Position numbers and translations under genes: made by a program
DNA from: Scyliorhinus canicula
Taxonomy: Eukaryota
Direction of reading: 5' to 3'
Assembly: GCF_902713615.1 (NCBI RefSeq)
Contig: NC_052158.1
Span: 37,935,729-37,999,728, forward strand
Length of the DNA: 64,000 nucleotides
The notes under the pieces: generated by a model
Seen by the model: the letters and a program-made list of their open reading frames with translations, nothing else
Told to the model about the DNA's origin: nothing
Databases searched by the model: none
Shown: positions 63,441-64,000 of the stretch, in pieces
How the letters are laid out: the number at the start of each line of letters is the position of its first letter
Numbering within the stretch: position 1 is the first letter of the stretch

Positions 63441-64000
63441 TTCTGCCTCGATATCTTTTGGCCATGTATGCGAAATAAATTCACCTCATCAGTCGCAAAT
63501 GGACGTTTCTTTATTTTTAAGAAGTGCCACGCGATTTAGATTCCCCAACAAGCGGACACATGTTCCCTACATTCACCCAGTGAAGATGCGTTGGCATCTT
63601 AAAGGTAGCAATTAATTCACATTCGTGTACCGTAGTGTTAAGATCTCGGACAAAACCCCAACAGTTGTTTTCATCCCAGACTACAAACCCAAATATTTTT
63701 TTAAATATTTGTGTAAAACTGTGAGGAACGGATACTTGACCCCCAGGATGAGGACTTTGCCCATTCGGTATATTTTATTTATGTTTAAACAAACGTTGGA
63801 AAAATGTGTCCAGCTGCAACATTGCAAGAAGTGTGACCAGCTTCACATCCTGTTGGACCGCTGGGCGACTCTGGAGTTGCAGATGGACTCACTTTGGAGC
63901 ATCCAAGGTATGAGGAAGTCGTGAATAGCAAGTTTAGCGAATTGCTCACACCGCAGATAAAGAATACTGAAGGAGACAGGCAATAGGTGAACATCAGACA

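Overview
Repeat-rich eukaryotic DNA. The SINE/LINE repertoire (HE1-type SINEs, CR1 with an esterase ORF1, L1/Tx1, Rex1, RTE, Penelope-like repeats) points to a cartilaginous fish, probably a catshark-like shark; this is inference. One host gene is supported: a two-exon GPR139-like class A GPCR on the - strand (exon 1 31298-31364, exon 2 18406-19337, 332 aa), whose stop codon is supplied by a SINE. Positions 34.5-60.7 kb hold three related copies of a retrovirus-like LTR element. Copy A (older, 34514-57438) contains a Rex1 LINE, which in turn contains copy B (younger, near-complete, 42838-52674); truncated copy C (57439-~60675) follows in tandem. The element has a retrovirus-type Pol (PR-RT-degenerate RNase H tether-second RNase H-IN, foamy-like RT motifs) and an in-frame UGA-CGG gag/pol junction, but no env. 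In the env position it carries a ~115-122 aa small type I membrane protein (signal peptide, short Pro/Thr ectodomain, TM helix, polybasic tail) conserved between the two LTR subfamilies and preceded by conserved hairpins and a candidate splice acceptor. This env-less retrovirus-like element with a FAST/sORF2-like small transmembrane gene is the best candidate for an undescribed system.
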